Shown here in pieces: positions 47,742 through 57,520 of a DNA stretch of 64,000 nt. This DNA comes from a virus. Position numbers and translations under genes: made by a program. The notes under the pieces are model-generated. The model saw only the letters and a program-made list of their open reading frames with translations. It made no database searches and was not told where the DNA came from. Numbering within the stretch: the stretch's first letter is position 1; each line of letters opens with the position of its first letter. The DNA is taken from IMG/VR virus record IMGVR_UViG_3300031972_002446, positions 101,941-165,940 of that record; one strand, given 5' to 3'.

Positions 47742-47770
47742 ATTGTAAATCTAGATAAGTGTTATGTCAA
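47742..47770 (-). promoter_or_regulatory. Sigma70 promoter, probably giving a leaderless dCMP deaminase mRNA
   Basis: TTGACA (47770-65), 17-nt spacer, TACAAT (47747-42), then 6 nt and the ATG; no SD. Confidence 0.75.
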
Positions 47771-47793
47771 CACAATTTACATTAGAATTTGCA

Positions 47794-48594
47794 TTATTTT
47801 AAATTGATATCGAACGGAAAATCATAATTAAAAAAGTCTATGTCTTTACCGTATATTTTTTCTACCATATCTTTGCAATATTGATTATAAAATAATTTGT
47901 ATTCAGGTATTCCCACAGATAAGTCTTGCATATTGATTAAGCCGTTATGTTCACTAGTAAATCTAAAAGGAGCTACAGAACACGACGTGTCGCTATCTTT
48001 AGTTGTGTATTTACCACTTTGATATGAGGGTTCTACTTCGTTGTCGTTGTAATCTAAATCAAGTCCGTGTGTTTTTTTTAATAAAGCTAAATCATCGACT
48101 ATGTTCTCTATTTTTATAATAAAATCGCAATCAATCATATATTGAGGTAAAAAATGATGTTCTAAAAAACTCCTACTTTTACGGCCCCAACGAGTGCTGT
48201 TTCCTATTATAATTAATTCTAAAAAAGACTGAAAAGATAGAGTAAGATTATTTTGCGCTTGATGTAAGTATTTAATAAAAGAAGAAACAGCTCTAGAATA
48301 AGGATTTCTAACTAGTTGTATGTTAAAGAAATTTTTATAAAATTGCTTATCTTGATTTGGCATATGAGATAAAAAATCTGCTTTGTCTTTATGTGTCTGT
48401 TTTATATTTTTCGTATACTCATCTCTTTGTTTTATACAACTTCTATTGTGATCGTAGCTGTTAATGTGTATTAAAAACATTCTAGCTATTATAGAGCAAC
48501 CAGCTTTTGGAGACCAGTACATAGCTAGTTTATTTTTCGGGTCTGGTAAAACTCTTGGGCAATACTCAGATTCTTGAATAAAGTTATTTCTCAT
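47794..48594 (-). CDS. Sulfotransferase (Sulfotransfer_2 family)
   Basis: PKAGCS (5'-PSB), VRNPYSRAVSSF (3'-PB), HFLPQ, IYGKDIDFFNY. Confidence 0.85.
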   Translation of the reverse strand: MRNNFIQESEYCPRVLPDPKNKLAMYWSPKAGCSIIARMFLIHINSYDHNRSCIKQRDEYTKNIKQTHKDKADFLSHMPNQDKQFYKNFFNIQLVRNPYSRAVSSFIKYLHQAQNNLTLSFQSFLELIIIGNSTRWGRKSRSFLEHHFLPQYMIDCDFIIKIENIVDDLALLKKTHGLDLDYNDNEVEPSYQSGKYTTKDSDTSCSVAPFRFTSEHNGLINMQDLSVGIPEYKLFYNQYCKDMVEKIYGKDIDFFNYDFPFDINLK

Positions 48595-51056
48595 GATATT
48601 ACTAAAGCTCCTATGTATCGTTCTAAAGCGTGTTCAAATTGCAAATCCGGAATACCTTTTAATTTATATTTGCTATAAAGTTGCATAAAGTTAAAACAAG
48701 TACCGTCTTTAATGAATTTTTGACTAGAAAAATCTATAGGACTGTTTAGGGATTGATTACTATATTCTTGCATATACCTATTAAAGATAGCGTCATCTTT
48801 CATACATTCTATCCAAAAAGTATCATGTTTTTTAATGCTTGTTAATTGTTTTACTATTTTATCATAATCATCTACCAATGGTTTTAAATTAGATAGTTTT
48901 GATATAAAAGTAGTGCCTTGAATATACTTAAATTGTTTTTTGTGTAGGTTGTGAAAAATATCAGGTTCATTCTCCATTATTTTTCTATTTAAATCATCTG
49001 AGAGACAGTCTGTAGTAAATCTAGATGCTGTTAAAGTATCGTATTTATGTACGTCATTTATATAGAATATAGAGTGTAATATATTTTTCCAAGATTGATT
49101 ATTTTTATTATGTATATAGGCTATTTGGGTATTTGTGTTTATAGTTGTGCTTGATGACTCATAGATATACTTTAACCCCTCTAAAAGACCTCCTATATCA
49201 TATCCACAATTCTTTCTAAATATAACATATCCAAATTTCTTTAAATTTAGTATACTTTTCTCTAAATAGTTTTTAATATTAGGCCCAAAAACATTTACGT
49301 CATCACTACTTATGCAAATCACTGGAACAAAATTACATTTTTGTTGTTGACGCACAATAAATTGATTTATTATATTTATGTAATAATCTATTTCAGTTTT
49401 AGATATATTATTAATATACAAAGATAAGATTATAAAATCTTTTTTAGTATTCCTAGAGGGATTGAACATAATCGGTTGGCTATAATTATCATTAATATAT
49501 TTTGTATTTTTTTGCGTTAGATTAGGTAACACATTAATTGATAATTCTTGAAATTCTTTACGTATATCCTCATTGGTTTGTCCTTTTAAAATAAAATATG
49601 ATTCTAGCTTATTGGTGTCGTGCGATGTGTGTATATTATTTTCTATAACTATTATTTTTTTATTTAATAATAAAGCTTCTAATACAACTATAGGGCAAGG
49701 GTCACTAAGACTAGTTAATATAAAGTAATCTAATCTCTTAATATATTTGTAAGGATTGTCTGTATTAGGAACCCATAAGAAATTTGAGGGGATAGATGTA
49801 TCATCATTTGGGTATAAAATTTGTAATTTTTCTTCAATTTTTTTACCGCCAATCCAAACAAAAATGTATTGCGGATTATCCCTAGCTAATTGCAATAATA
49901 GAATAGGATTTTTTCTTAAAGATAAATCTCCACACATGCCTATGACAGGCTTATCTTTATCTTCTATAATCAAATCACAACCCTCATCAGCTTTTCCTTG
50001 TATTATATTTTGCTTTGTAGTTGGTATAAATGGAGGATCAATTCTAATTTCTTTAAGATTAGGTTTATGCTTTAGAAATTCTTGTTTAATTTTTTCAGAG
50101 ACAACTGAGATTGACTGAATGTTATCTATAGATTGTGTGTCTTGATGTCGACTCTGCATAGGTTTAGCGAAATCTTCATATGTTTCGTGTAAATGCACTA
50201 TGGTTTTATTATGCCAATAATTAAATTTATGTAAGTTATATAAATAATAATTTATTGAGTTGGAATATATCAATACAGGCTGAGTAGTTTCAAATATTTT
50301 TTTGAGTGATTCTATTTCGTTGTAGTGGTATAGTTTTGCTGGGTGGTTCGGTAAAATATTATTAGGAAATGGTTCCACTATGTATATATTTTTGTATATA
50401 TCACTATCGTATAAATAATCATAAAGATCATACAGATAAATGGGTGCTCCAGTAAGAGAGATATCATGATTAATTAGCAGTATACTATTCTTATTAATAT
50501 GGCTATGTGAAATATTATCTTTTTGTTGATATATTTCATCATAAGACATGCCCGTATAATATGTTCTATTTTCGTTTTGCCCGTGAGATATAAAATGCAT
50601 ACTAGCTTGAGCATTACTCATAGCGGATAGATCAGGATTGTATAGCTTGTAAAGTCTAGCATCAAAATCAATAGGTAATAAATCTGATAGTTTTGTTGAA
50701 TAAGCTCTGCGTTCTTGTTTACCATATTCAATATAATGAAGCTTAGCTAATAATTCTGTATTTATATTTTCTTTAGATAAGTCTGGATTTAAAGATAAGT
50801 ATTTGTGCCAATTGAAATCTTTAGGAACAAGAGTGTTAACATAATCTAATTTCATCTCAGGTTTTTTATTTATATTTTCAGTATGTATGTTCGAGTATTG
50901 TCTACCTTCATATCTGCCATATTTAAGAAAGTGAGCTATTAGATGGTGTTCTTCTACGAAACCTAATCGCTCTAAATCGGAATTTAATTTTTTATAAACC
51001 CTCCAATCAAAATCAGCTGGAAGATTTGCTCTGTCTTCATCTGTTATCTTAGACAT
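48591..51056 (-). CDS. Multidomain glycosyltransferase: 3 N-terminal repeats + GT4 + RgpF-like rhamnan synthesis domain
   Basis: FDWxxY...NxDL...H(F/Y)...G..ExR x3; TGAPI, LRKNP, SDPCPIVVLEA; NCGYDIGG, HNK, EHALER. Confidence 0.75.
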   Translation of the reverse strand: MSKITDEDRANLPADFDWRVYKKLNSDLERLGFVEEHHLIAHFLKYGRYEGRQYSNIHTENINKKPEMKLDYVNTLVPKDFNWHKYLSLNPDLSKENINTELLAKLHYIEYGKQERRAYSTKLSDLLPIDFDARLYKLYNPDLSAMSNAQASMHFISHGQNENRTYYTGMSYDEIYQQKDNISHSHINKNSILLINHDISLTGAPIYLYDLYDYLYDSDIYKNIYIVEPFPNNILPNHPAKLYHYNEIESLKKIFETTQPVLIYSNSINYYLYNLHKFNYWHNKTIVHLHETYEDFAKPMQSRHQDTQSIDNIQSISVVSEKIKQEFLKHKPNLKEIRIDPPFIPTTKQNIIQGKADEGCDLIIEDKDKPVIGMCGDLSLRKNPILLLQLARDNPQYIFVWIGGKKIEEKLQILYPNDDTSIPSNFLWVPNTDNPYKYIKRLDYFILTSLSDPCPIVVLEALLLNKKIIVIENNIHTSHDTNKLESYFILKGQTNEDIRKEFQELSINVLPNLTQKNTKYINDNYSQPIMFNPSRNTKKDFIILSLYINNISKTEIDYYINIINQFIVRQQQKCNFVPVICISSDDVNVFGPNIKNYLEKSILNLKKFGYVIFRKNCGYDIGGLLEGLKYIYESSSTTINTNTQIAYIHNKNNQSWKNILHSIFYINDVHKYDTLTASRFTTDCLSDDLNRKIMENEPDIFHNLHKKQFKYIQGTTFISKLSNLKPLVDDYDKIVKQLTSIKKHDTFWIECMKDDAIFNRYMQEYSNQSLNSPIDFSSQKFIKDGTCFNFMQLYSKYKLKGIPDLQFEHALERYIGALVIS

Positions 51057-51546
51057 TATTTAAACAACTACCTTTGTCTTTATTAGATATAATTTCTGGA
51101 TTTATTGGCCATTTAATATCAAAATCTTTATAACAAAACGCCTCATCTGTATTAGGATTGTATATATCTCCCTGCTGGTATAATACTACACTATCAACAG
51201 TTGCAAGAAAAGCATGACCACAAAAACTAGGGATATAAATACTATTTAGTTTTTTTGCATCTAATACCATACCAAAATATTGTCTGTATGTAGGACTGTC
51301 GGTTCTGAGATCTACACAAACATCATAGATTTGACCTTGAACACAGGTAACATATTTTGCATAAGGAGCCCTATGTATACCTCTTAAAACGCCTCTTTTT
51401 GAAAAACTATAGTTAACCTGAGCTATTTTAAATGAGTCTTTAATATGGGGATTTTTAAAAATTTCCGAAACAACACCCCTACTATCTAGATGTATATCAG
51501 GTTTTACCCAATAGCAATATGGTATATGTGTTTTATTAATTTTCAT
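51049..51546 (-). CDS. rmlC: dTDP-4-dehydrorhamnose 3,5-epimerase
   Basis: DSRG, QVNYSFSKRGVLRGIH, DVCVDLRTDSPTY, GHAF, ISNKD. Confidence 0.93.
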   Translation of the reverse strand: MKINKTHIPYCYWVKPDIHLDSRGVVSEIFKNPHIKDSFKIAQVNYSFSKRGVLRGIHRAPYAKYVTCVQGQIYDVCVDLRTDSPTYRQYFGMVLDAKKLNSIYIPSFCGHAFLATVDSVVLYQQGDIYNPNTDEAFCYKDFDIKWPINPEIISNKDKGSCLNNV

Positions 51547-52528
51547 TCAGCATCCAATCGATAGTTTTCTGTAATGATTGATTAAAATCTATAGGCTGTT
51601 TCCATCCCATATTTTGTAATTTAGACCCATCTAGACTATATCTCCTATCATGACCCGGTCTGCTTTTATTGAGATCTACATATTCTAATCTAGCAGGCTT
51701 ATTCATTATTCTAGCTATTTCTTTTACCATGTCGTCATTATACATTTCTCTATCACCGACCACATTATAATGCTCCCCAGGTTTACCGTTTTTGAGCAAA
51801 AACAGAGTTGCATTCGCAGCATTTCTAGCATGTAACCAATGTCTTTGTCCAACATACTCTACATTACCATGATTGTCTAGTTGGGCGTGAATCTTAACTG
51901 GTTGATTTTTATGAATTAAATCTATAGCTAAAGCTATAAACTTTTCTTTGTGTTGCCTCTCTCCAAAAAGATTCATAGTATACGTATGTATAATTGGTAA
52001 ATTATATGTATTGTGATAAGCAATACCAGCAGCACCAGCTCCTGCTTTACTTGCGCTATAAGGATTAGAAGGTCTCCATCTATCGTCTTCTTTAAAATCA
52101 TAACCATCTGGAGCAGGACCAAACACTTCGTCTGTTAAATAATTTATAAACAAAGCTTTAGGAGAATATTTTCTATACCATTCTAATAAGTTTAATGTTC
52201 CCATAACATTATCTTCAAAAAATTGTTTCGGATAATCGATACTTCTCGTAACATGACTATTAGCTGCTATATGCGCTACATAATCTACCTCTCCTATACT
52301 TTCTATAATATGAGGAGGAAAATCAAATTTAAGATCGTGATAAATTATTTTTATTCTTTCTGCATATTTTTGTACATGCAGACTATCTACTATTCTTCGC
52401 ATATCCCCAACGTAAGTTAACCTACACAGGGCGATAATCTCCCAATCGGTATTGATCAAAGTTTCTTCTACAAAATGAGAACCTAAAAAACCAGCAGCTC
52501 CAGTTATTAGGATTTTCTTTTTTGTCAT
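51536..52528 (-). CDS. rmlB: dTDP-glucose 4,6-dehydratase
   Basis: ITGAAGFLGS, AANSHV, TDEVFG, PYSASKA, RPGHDRRYSLD. Confidence 0.93.
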   Translation of the reverse strand: MTKKKILITGAAGFLGSHFVEETLINTDWEIIALCRLTYVGDMRRIVDSLHVQKYAERIKIIYHDLKFDFPPHIIESIGEVDYVAHIAANSHVTRSIDYPKQFFEDNVMGTLNLLEWYRKYSPKALFINYLTDEVFGPAPDGYDFKEDDRWRPSNPYSASKAGAGAAGIAYHNTYNLPIIHTYTMNLFGERQHKEKFIALAIDLIHKNQPVKIHAQLDNHGNVEYVGQRHWLHARNAANATLFLLKNGKPGEHYNVVGDREMYNDDMVKEIARIMNKPARLEYVDLNKSRPGHDRRYSLDGSKLQNMGWKQPIDFNQSLQKTIDWMLNEN

Positions 52529-54126
52529 ATGTACAGCACCTTCTGTTTAAGGTTATGAGGTAAAACTCCCGATAAAATTCTTTCCCAGCTATGAGTATAG
52601 GTTGGGTCGTGATTCTTGAAATAACCAGATTCTAAATTTTGATATTCAGATAAAATAGAAATGTTTAGATCCTCTAAAACATTTACAAAAAAATTATATT
52701 TAGCTAAAAACATTGTACCTGCAATAAAATATGTATTATCAGAACTTAATTTATATTTAGAACAGATCTCGGATAGTATCGGTTCATTTATTTGATCCAT
52801 TTGCATCTTGTAATTATTAAGACCTACCATACAAGCTTCATTTTCATTCTCTATCATAGTAATATTGTGTAGTAGATTGTCAACCAAGCCCATGAAAACC
52901 ATTCTACGAAAACCATGATTTGTTTTAGTATGCAGTTTTAATATATAATCATATTCGTCTTTTTTGTGGTGGTTGTGAAGACATTGCATGAATGGGCCTA
53001 TATCCGCTCCTTTGTTAGGTACTATGTACGGTTTAATATTTAATGATTCAATATTATCGTCCGATGTAATAAAGAAGTCTACATCAATAAATGTATAACT
53101 TTGTAATTTGTTTATTACAGCTTTTATATCTTCTATATGTTTATCAGAAGTATTACCAAGATGTATACAACATAGCAATTTTCTAATACTATCAGGAACT
53201 TTATTACTAATTTTATTAAAATCATAAACTTGAGAGTTTAATATAGGTATCTTATGGTGGTCTGTTAGTATCTTATGTTGTAAAATATTATAAGTAAATA
53301 ATTCTTTCCAAAATATTTCTTTTTCGGTAGAAATATAAAAAAAATAACCAATATCAATATTGTTTTCGATACAAAACTTTGTTATATAATATTCAGAATT
53401 ATGTCTATTTAAATTTATAATATTAATTATTTTTGAAAATAATGTCTTTTTAAAAATAAAAAAATTATTGTTTAGACCGTAAAAAGGTTTATTATTCATC
53501 ATGATAGAATATTTATCATGAATGGAGAAAATATTATATTTAGAATTTAGGTATGTTTGTAAGAATTTATCAATATTTTGATATACCACATTGGTGTTAT
53601 CTGCATATAGTATATCCTCAAAAGATTTAGCTTTAATAATATCAATAGTGCTTTTTAAAGAAAATGTATTTTTATAATATTCTCTTATTTTCCTATAATA
53701 TTTTGAATTAATTTCACCATATATAACAATAAATATGTTTTCTATTGGTATGCTTTGAGAAATATTAGATAAAGATAATAATGCTGTATCTGTAGATAAA
53801 TCCGAATCTAAATAACAATAATACACACAAGCCGTATTACTTGTTTTATAAAAATGTTTTATGTCTATGTGAGGACTTTCAAACCACTTTTTATATTGTG
53901 CTCGATTTTCTAGATAATATTGAAGACTATCATCTTTGGTCTTAATGAACGAGGTGTCTGATAAAACCCAATTTAATTTGCTAAAAAATAAACCATAATC
54001 AAAATTATCGTCTAAGATGCAGGGGTGTGTAAATCTACCGTCGTGTATGCAATCTTCTTGAAATTGTTTAAAGTTAGATGCACAACCATAATATTCATTA
54101 TAGAATGCAGTATCAAAAGTTTCCAT
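52525..54126 (-). CDS. RgpF-like rhamnan synthesis / rhamnosyltransferase protein
   Basis: C-terminal NKGADIGPF, LKLHTK, FIAGTMF, HSWER. Confidence 0.65.
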   Translation of the reverse strand: METFDTAFYNEYYGCASNFKQFQEDCIHDGRFTHPCILDDNFDYGLFFSKLNWVLSDTSFIKTKDDSLQYYLENRAQYKKWFESPHIDIKHFYKTSNTACVYYCYLDSDLSTDTALLSLSNISQSIPIENIFIVIYGEINSKYYRKIREYYKNTFSLKSTIDIIKAKSFEDILYADNTNVVYQNIDKFLQTYLNSKYNIFSIHDKYSIMMNNKPFYGLNNNFFIFKKTLFSKIINIINLNRHNSEYYITKFCIENNIDIGYFFYISTEKEIFWKELFTYNILQHKILTDHHKIPILNSQVYDFNKISNKVPDSIRKLLCCIHLGNTSDKHIEDIKAVINKLQSYTFIDVDFFITSDDNIESLNIKPYIVPNKGADIGPFMQCLHNHHKKDEYDYILKLHTKTNHGFRRMVFMGLVDNLLHNITMIENENEACMVGLNNYKMQMDQINEPILSEICSKYKLSSDNTYFIAGTMFLAKYNFFVNVLEDLNISILSEYQNLESGYFKNHDPTYTHSWERILSGVLPHNLKQKVLYI

Positions 54127-54233
54127 TTATGCTCTAATTATAGCTATCGATATTTGGTTATGACTGCTTTAATTATAGTTGTATTTATGTAAAAACCTAT
54201 TGAAAACTATATCTATTTAGCTATGTTTCTTAA

Positions 54234-54482
54234 CTATTTACTCATTAGTTTATTATATAATAATAACGAAACACAAGCGCCGCCAACGCCAGCAAATATT
54301 CCTGCTGGCTCTATGGCGGAATATGAGCCTAGTAAGTATAGTCCAGCCCCACCCATATAAGAACCAGCCACTCCTAATGCTATAGTTTTAACAAAACCGA
54401 AGTTTTCTTCTCCAGGAATTATAGCCTTAGTTATAGAACCTACAAAAATACCATAAACACACCAGGTTAATATACTAATCAT
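54234..54482 (-). CDS. GlsB/YeaQ/YmgE (transglycosylase-associated) small membrane protein
   Basis: W..GIFVGSITKAIIPG...TIALGVAGSYMGG; three hydrophobic segments. Confidence 0.8.
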   Translation of the reverse strand: MISILTWCVYGIFVGSITKAIIPGEENFGFVKTIALGVAGSYMGGAGLYLLGSYSAIEPAGIFAGVGGACVSLLLYNKLMSK

Positions 54483-54858
54483 TTATTGCCTCCAGTAAAA
54501 CGGATACTTCTTCGTCCGTGATAAATTCTCCTTTATTAAATATTGCTTTAGATAAAGAATTACCATATAGTTTATAGTCTTCTTTACATAACTCTCTTCT
54601 AATTATTTTTTTTAATCTGATTCTATTAAACCAGCTTTTCTTTATTGATATCTCTTGAATTTTCTTTTTATAAAAATCTAAATCATGTTTTTCAGACTTA
54701 TTACATTCTTGTATTACTCTGATACCGTTAACAAGTATAGCAATCATCATTATTATCATTATTACACTGCCAAACTTATCTGATGGCAATTCCTGATTAG
54801 ATAATATGCTTGAAGCTAAATTTTTTAATTTCTCATCTTTAATTTCATTTTGATTCAT
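54475..54858 (-). CDS. Single-TM hypothetical protein
   Basis: GSVIMIIMMIAILVNGI hydrophobic segment followed by QEC. Confidence 0.6.
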   Translation of the reverse strand: MNQNEIKDEKLKNLASSILSNQELPSDKFGSVIMIIMMIAILVNGIRVIQECNKSEKHDLDFYKKKIQEISIKKSWFNRIRLKKIIRRELCKEDYKLYGNSLSKAIFNKGEFITDEEVSVLLEAIND

Positions 54859-54860
54859 AA

Positions 54861-55100
54861 TTATGGCTCACAATACTGACATTGAATTTTTGCTATTCCA
54901 TCACCACTTATGTACCATCCTTTACCCTTGCATACGGGACAATCTTTGCGTTTATACTTCGCGTTTTGTTCTGTAGAGTCTACAGCAATTCTGCCTCCAA
55001 CCATAGTAACAACACTAGTTGTGCTATAGTCATACTTTTCAGAAGACCCTCCGTAAAAAATAGCTGCCACTAAAGTACTAGCAAATAAAAGTTTATTCAT
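54861..55100 (-). CDS. Small signal/TM-anchored protein with CxxCxGxG Zn finger
   Basis: Hydrophobic N-terminus; CPVCKGKG...CQYC. Confidence 0.65.
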   Translation of the reverse strand: MNKLLFASTLVAAIFYGGSSEKYDYSTTSVVTMVGGRIAVDSTEQNAKYKRKDCPVCKGKGWYISGDGIAKIQCQYCEP

Positions 55101-55951
55101 AATTTACCTATTTTCTCTTTGGGTAATTTATTAAGTTCTTCTAATGTTGGAGCTTTTACACTTGGGTCTAAAGCCCATTCTATATCTTCTGATTTAGACC
55201 ATTTTTGTATTCTTCTCATAGGAACAATAAGATTAAATGTTTCACCAGCGCCACGAACTAACATCCCAATATATTCACCAGTGGTTAGGAAAACTCCACC
55301 ACCAGATGAACCGGGAAAAGCAGTTACTGTTGTTTGGTCAAATAAAATTTTAGTGCTACTATTCAGAGCAAGCATGCGACCTACCTGACTCATAATACCT
55401 GTAGTCATGCTATTAGCTCCACTTTCACCTAATAAAGAACCCACATGATATAATTGAGTACCTAAAGGAAGTCCAGAATTGCTTGTATCTTTTTCAAATC
55501 TTGCTGATACATCTACAAAATCAAACTTTTTAATCATGAGTAAAGCAAGATCCTCTCCATCTGTTGCATCACTATATTTAACAACCACAGCATCCATAGA
55601 TAATTCCCCAACAGTAATACCGTTTTCTATGAGCTTTTTAACTATCTTAACATCTTTAAATACAGGTTTCTTTAGTGTTTTACCTTCAATATCTAAAATA
55701 CTTCTGACACTTCTGATACCCTCTAAAACATGTGCGGCTGTCCATACAAAATTTACATTTTTTTCACCATCGTCTGATTGTATTTTTCTCGTAAATATAA
55801 CACCACTACCAGAACCTCTATCTGTTTTAATGGTCACGCTAATATCTTGTAAGTATTGACTGACAGGAATCTCTTCTGCTTGTAAAATAGATACTGGTAT
55901 TAACATTAATGTGATTATAAATAGTGGGGCTAGTTTAATCATTTTATCCAT
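55097..55951 (-). CDS. Secreted trypsin-like serine protease
   Basis: Signal peptide (...LQA-EE); GSGV, TAAHV, DLAL, PGSSGGG triad; start may be ATG 55942. Confidence 0.9.
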   Translation of the reverse strand: MDKMIKLAPLFIITLMLIPVSILQAEEIPVSQYLQDISVTIKTDRGSGSGVIFTRKIQSDDGEKNVNFVWTAAHVLEGIRSVRSILDIEGKTLKKPVFKDVKIVKKLIENGITVGELSMDAVVVKYSDATDGEDLALLMIKKFDFVDVSARFEKDTSNSGLPLGTQLYHVGSLLGESGANSMTTGIMSQVGRMLALNSSTKILFDQTTVTAFPGSSGGGVFLTTGEYIGMLVRGAGETFNLIVPMRRIQKWSKSEDIEWALDPSVKAPTLEELNKLPKEKIGKL

Positions 55952-56094
55952 CTCCTTAGGAAATCTAAAACTGGTCTTTTTTTGTCTGGTACAACATCAT
56001 GTTGTGTAGGTTTAAACATTTTTAAAATTGCTAATATAAAATTAGTAATTGTTTTAATCAGGCTATTTAAAGCTATTTTATCTAATAATTTCAT
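55939..56094 (-). CDS. Small 51-aa amphipathic/basic peptide (below the ORF-track cutoff)
   Basis: MKLLDKIALNSLIKTITNFILAILKMFKPTQHDVVPDKKRPVLDFLRRWIK; ATGA overlaps at both ends. Confidence 0.65.
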   Translation of the reverse strand: MKLLDKIALNSLIKTITNFILAILKMFKPTQHDVVPDKKRPVLDFLRRWIK

Positions 56095-57017
56095 AAGTAA
56101 TCTACGAAGCCGTAGTCCGGGAGTTTTTGTGGTGGAAATCCGTTAAAGTCACTAAAGGCATAAGCTCCGTTTTGCCTTAACATACCTTCTGCAACATCTG
56201 CATGTATTAAAAAAGATCCATCTGGGATTGGACCCCATTCTGGGTGTCCTCCGCTATTAAATTTACCCCAGCTGTTTTGTATAAGAAAAGCAGGCTCATC
56301 ACCAGTATCGTCACAAGCCGTCCAGGCCATCGCATGATTCCAGGACCCACTTTTTCGAGCAAATCCCTTGCTATTTCTTTTGTTAGAAAATCCATAATTA
56401 CTACAAACACTTAATCCATACCCATTGGCTAGCGCATCTCTAGCTTCTTCAACAGTTCTAATTAGAGAAACTGTTTTTATTTGATGTTCATCAGCTTTAT
56501 CTATTACTTTATCTGGTAAGCCTCTAGCCCCCCATTTAGCACCCATGCTACCGTTATATTTACTAAAATCTGCTACTCCTGGATAATTTTTACGAACTAA
56601 TACCCCACCTGTTTGGCTAACAAAAGTTGCAGCACGACTACAACTCATTCCTTGACCACCATGACCTCTACACCCATAGATAGCCTCCGTAGCGCCTCTA
56701 GCAATCCAGCTCTCTTTATCTCCTTTAACATCTATTTCAATGGCTCTAGTTACATCGCAAGCATTACGAGTAGCATGAGAAACACAATCTCCTGTGGTTT
56801 GTCTTTCTATATAAGCATTTTTATCAAATTTTAAAACCGACTTAAAAGGAGTTGATAATTTACCTTTACCACTATTTTTAATTTTTTTAGCACCATCTTT
56901 GAAATAGGCATACTTAGATGTGCTTATTAACTCATCAAAGATATGTGGTTCTGAAATTGAACCTATAAAACCTTTTTTATATAGATTATATAATTGATCT
57001 GGAGTCATTCTAGACAT
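56091..57017 (-). CDS. Papain-like (C1) cysteine protease
   Basis: QTTGDCVSH (Q...C), NHAM (H), IQNSWG (N). Confidence 0.85.
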   Translation of the reverse strand: MSRMTPDQLYNLYKKGFIGSISEPHIFDELISTSKYAYFKDGAKKIKNSGKGKLSTPFKSVLKFDKNAYIERQTTGDCVSHATRNACDVTRAIEIDVKGDKESWIARGATEAIYGCRGHGGQGMSCSRAATFVSQTGGVLVRKNYPGVADFSKYNGSMGAKWGARGLPDKVIDKADEHQIKTVSLIRTVEEARDALANGYGLSVCSNYGFSNKRNSKGFARKSGSWNHAMAWTACDDTGDEPAFLIQNSWGKFNSGGHPEWGPIPDGSFLIHADVAEGMLRQNGAYAFSDFNGFPPQKLPDYGFVDYL

Positions 57018-57520
57018 TATTTTGAACCCTCATAAAAAGCCCAGCTTAAAGCTCTAAAGGCGTTAACAGATTTTTGTCTCGTTGTATTATCTAAGATAAC
57101 GTCGTCTGAGCCGATAGCTGTAATAAGTAAATCTTTAGCAGACTCCGCTAAATTTGGATATTTGTCTTTAATATCAAGTCTAAGCATTTTACCAGCTAAA
57201 CTATTAGCTGATTTAATACTAGCGGTATCTTTAATAATCTCATCTTCATTATCTAAAGATATTAAAGTTGCCATATCTGAATATAAAGCAGATAATTTCA
57301 TACAGTCGCTAGGCTTGGTTGAATCATTAGATTCTCCAAGTATATTAATTATTATTCTGGCTTTATTTAGTAATTCAGTATCTGCTGGAGCATCTGTCAC
57401 ATATGTCTCCACAGAGCACTTGGGTTCTAAAGCAGGAATACTGAAAGAACTTAAATCTGGTTTAAATAAACCTATCGCTACTAATCCTGTAGCTATAAAA
57501 AGTAATCCTTTGTTATTCAT
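57017..57520 (-). CDS. N-terminally anchored/secreted hypothetical protein
   Basis: Likely ATG 57520 after GGAG; GLLFIATGLVAIGLF hydrophobic N-terminus. Confidence 0.6.
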   Translation of the reverse strand: MNNKGLLFIATGLVAIGLFKPDLSSFSIPALEPKCSVETYVTDAPADTELLNKARIIINILGESNDSTKPSDCMKLSALYSDMATLISLDNEDEIIKDTASIKSANSLAGKMLRLDIKDKYPNLAESAKDLLITAIGSDDVILDNTTRQKSVNAFRALSWAFYEGSK

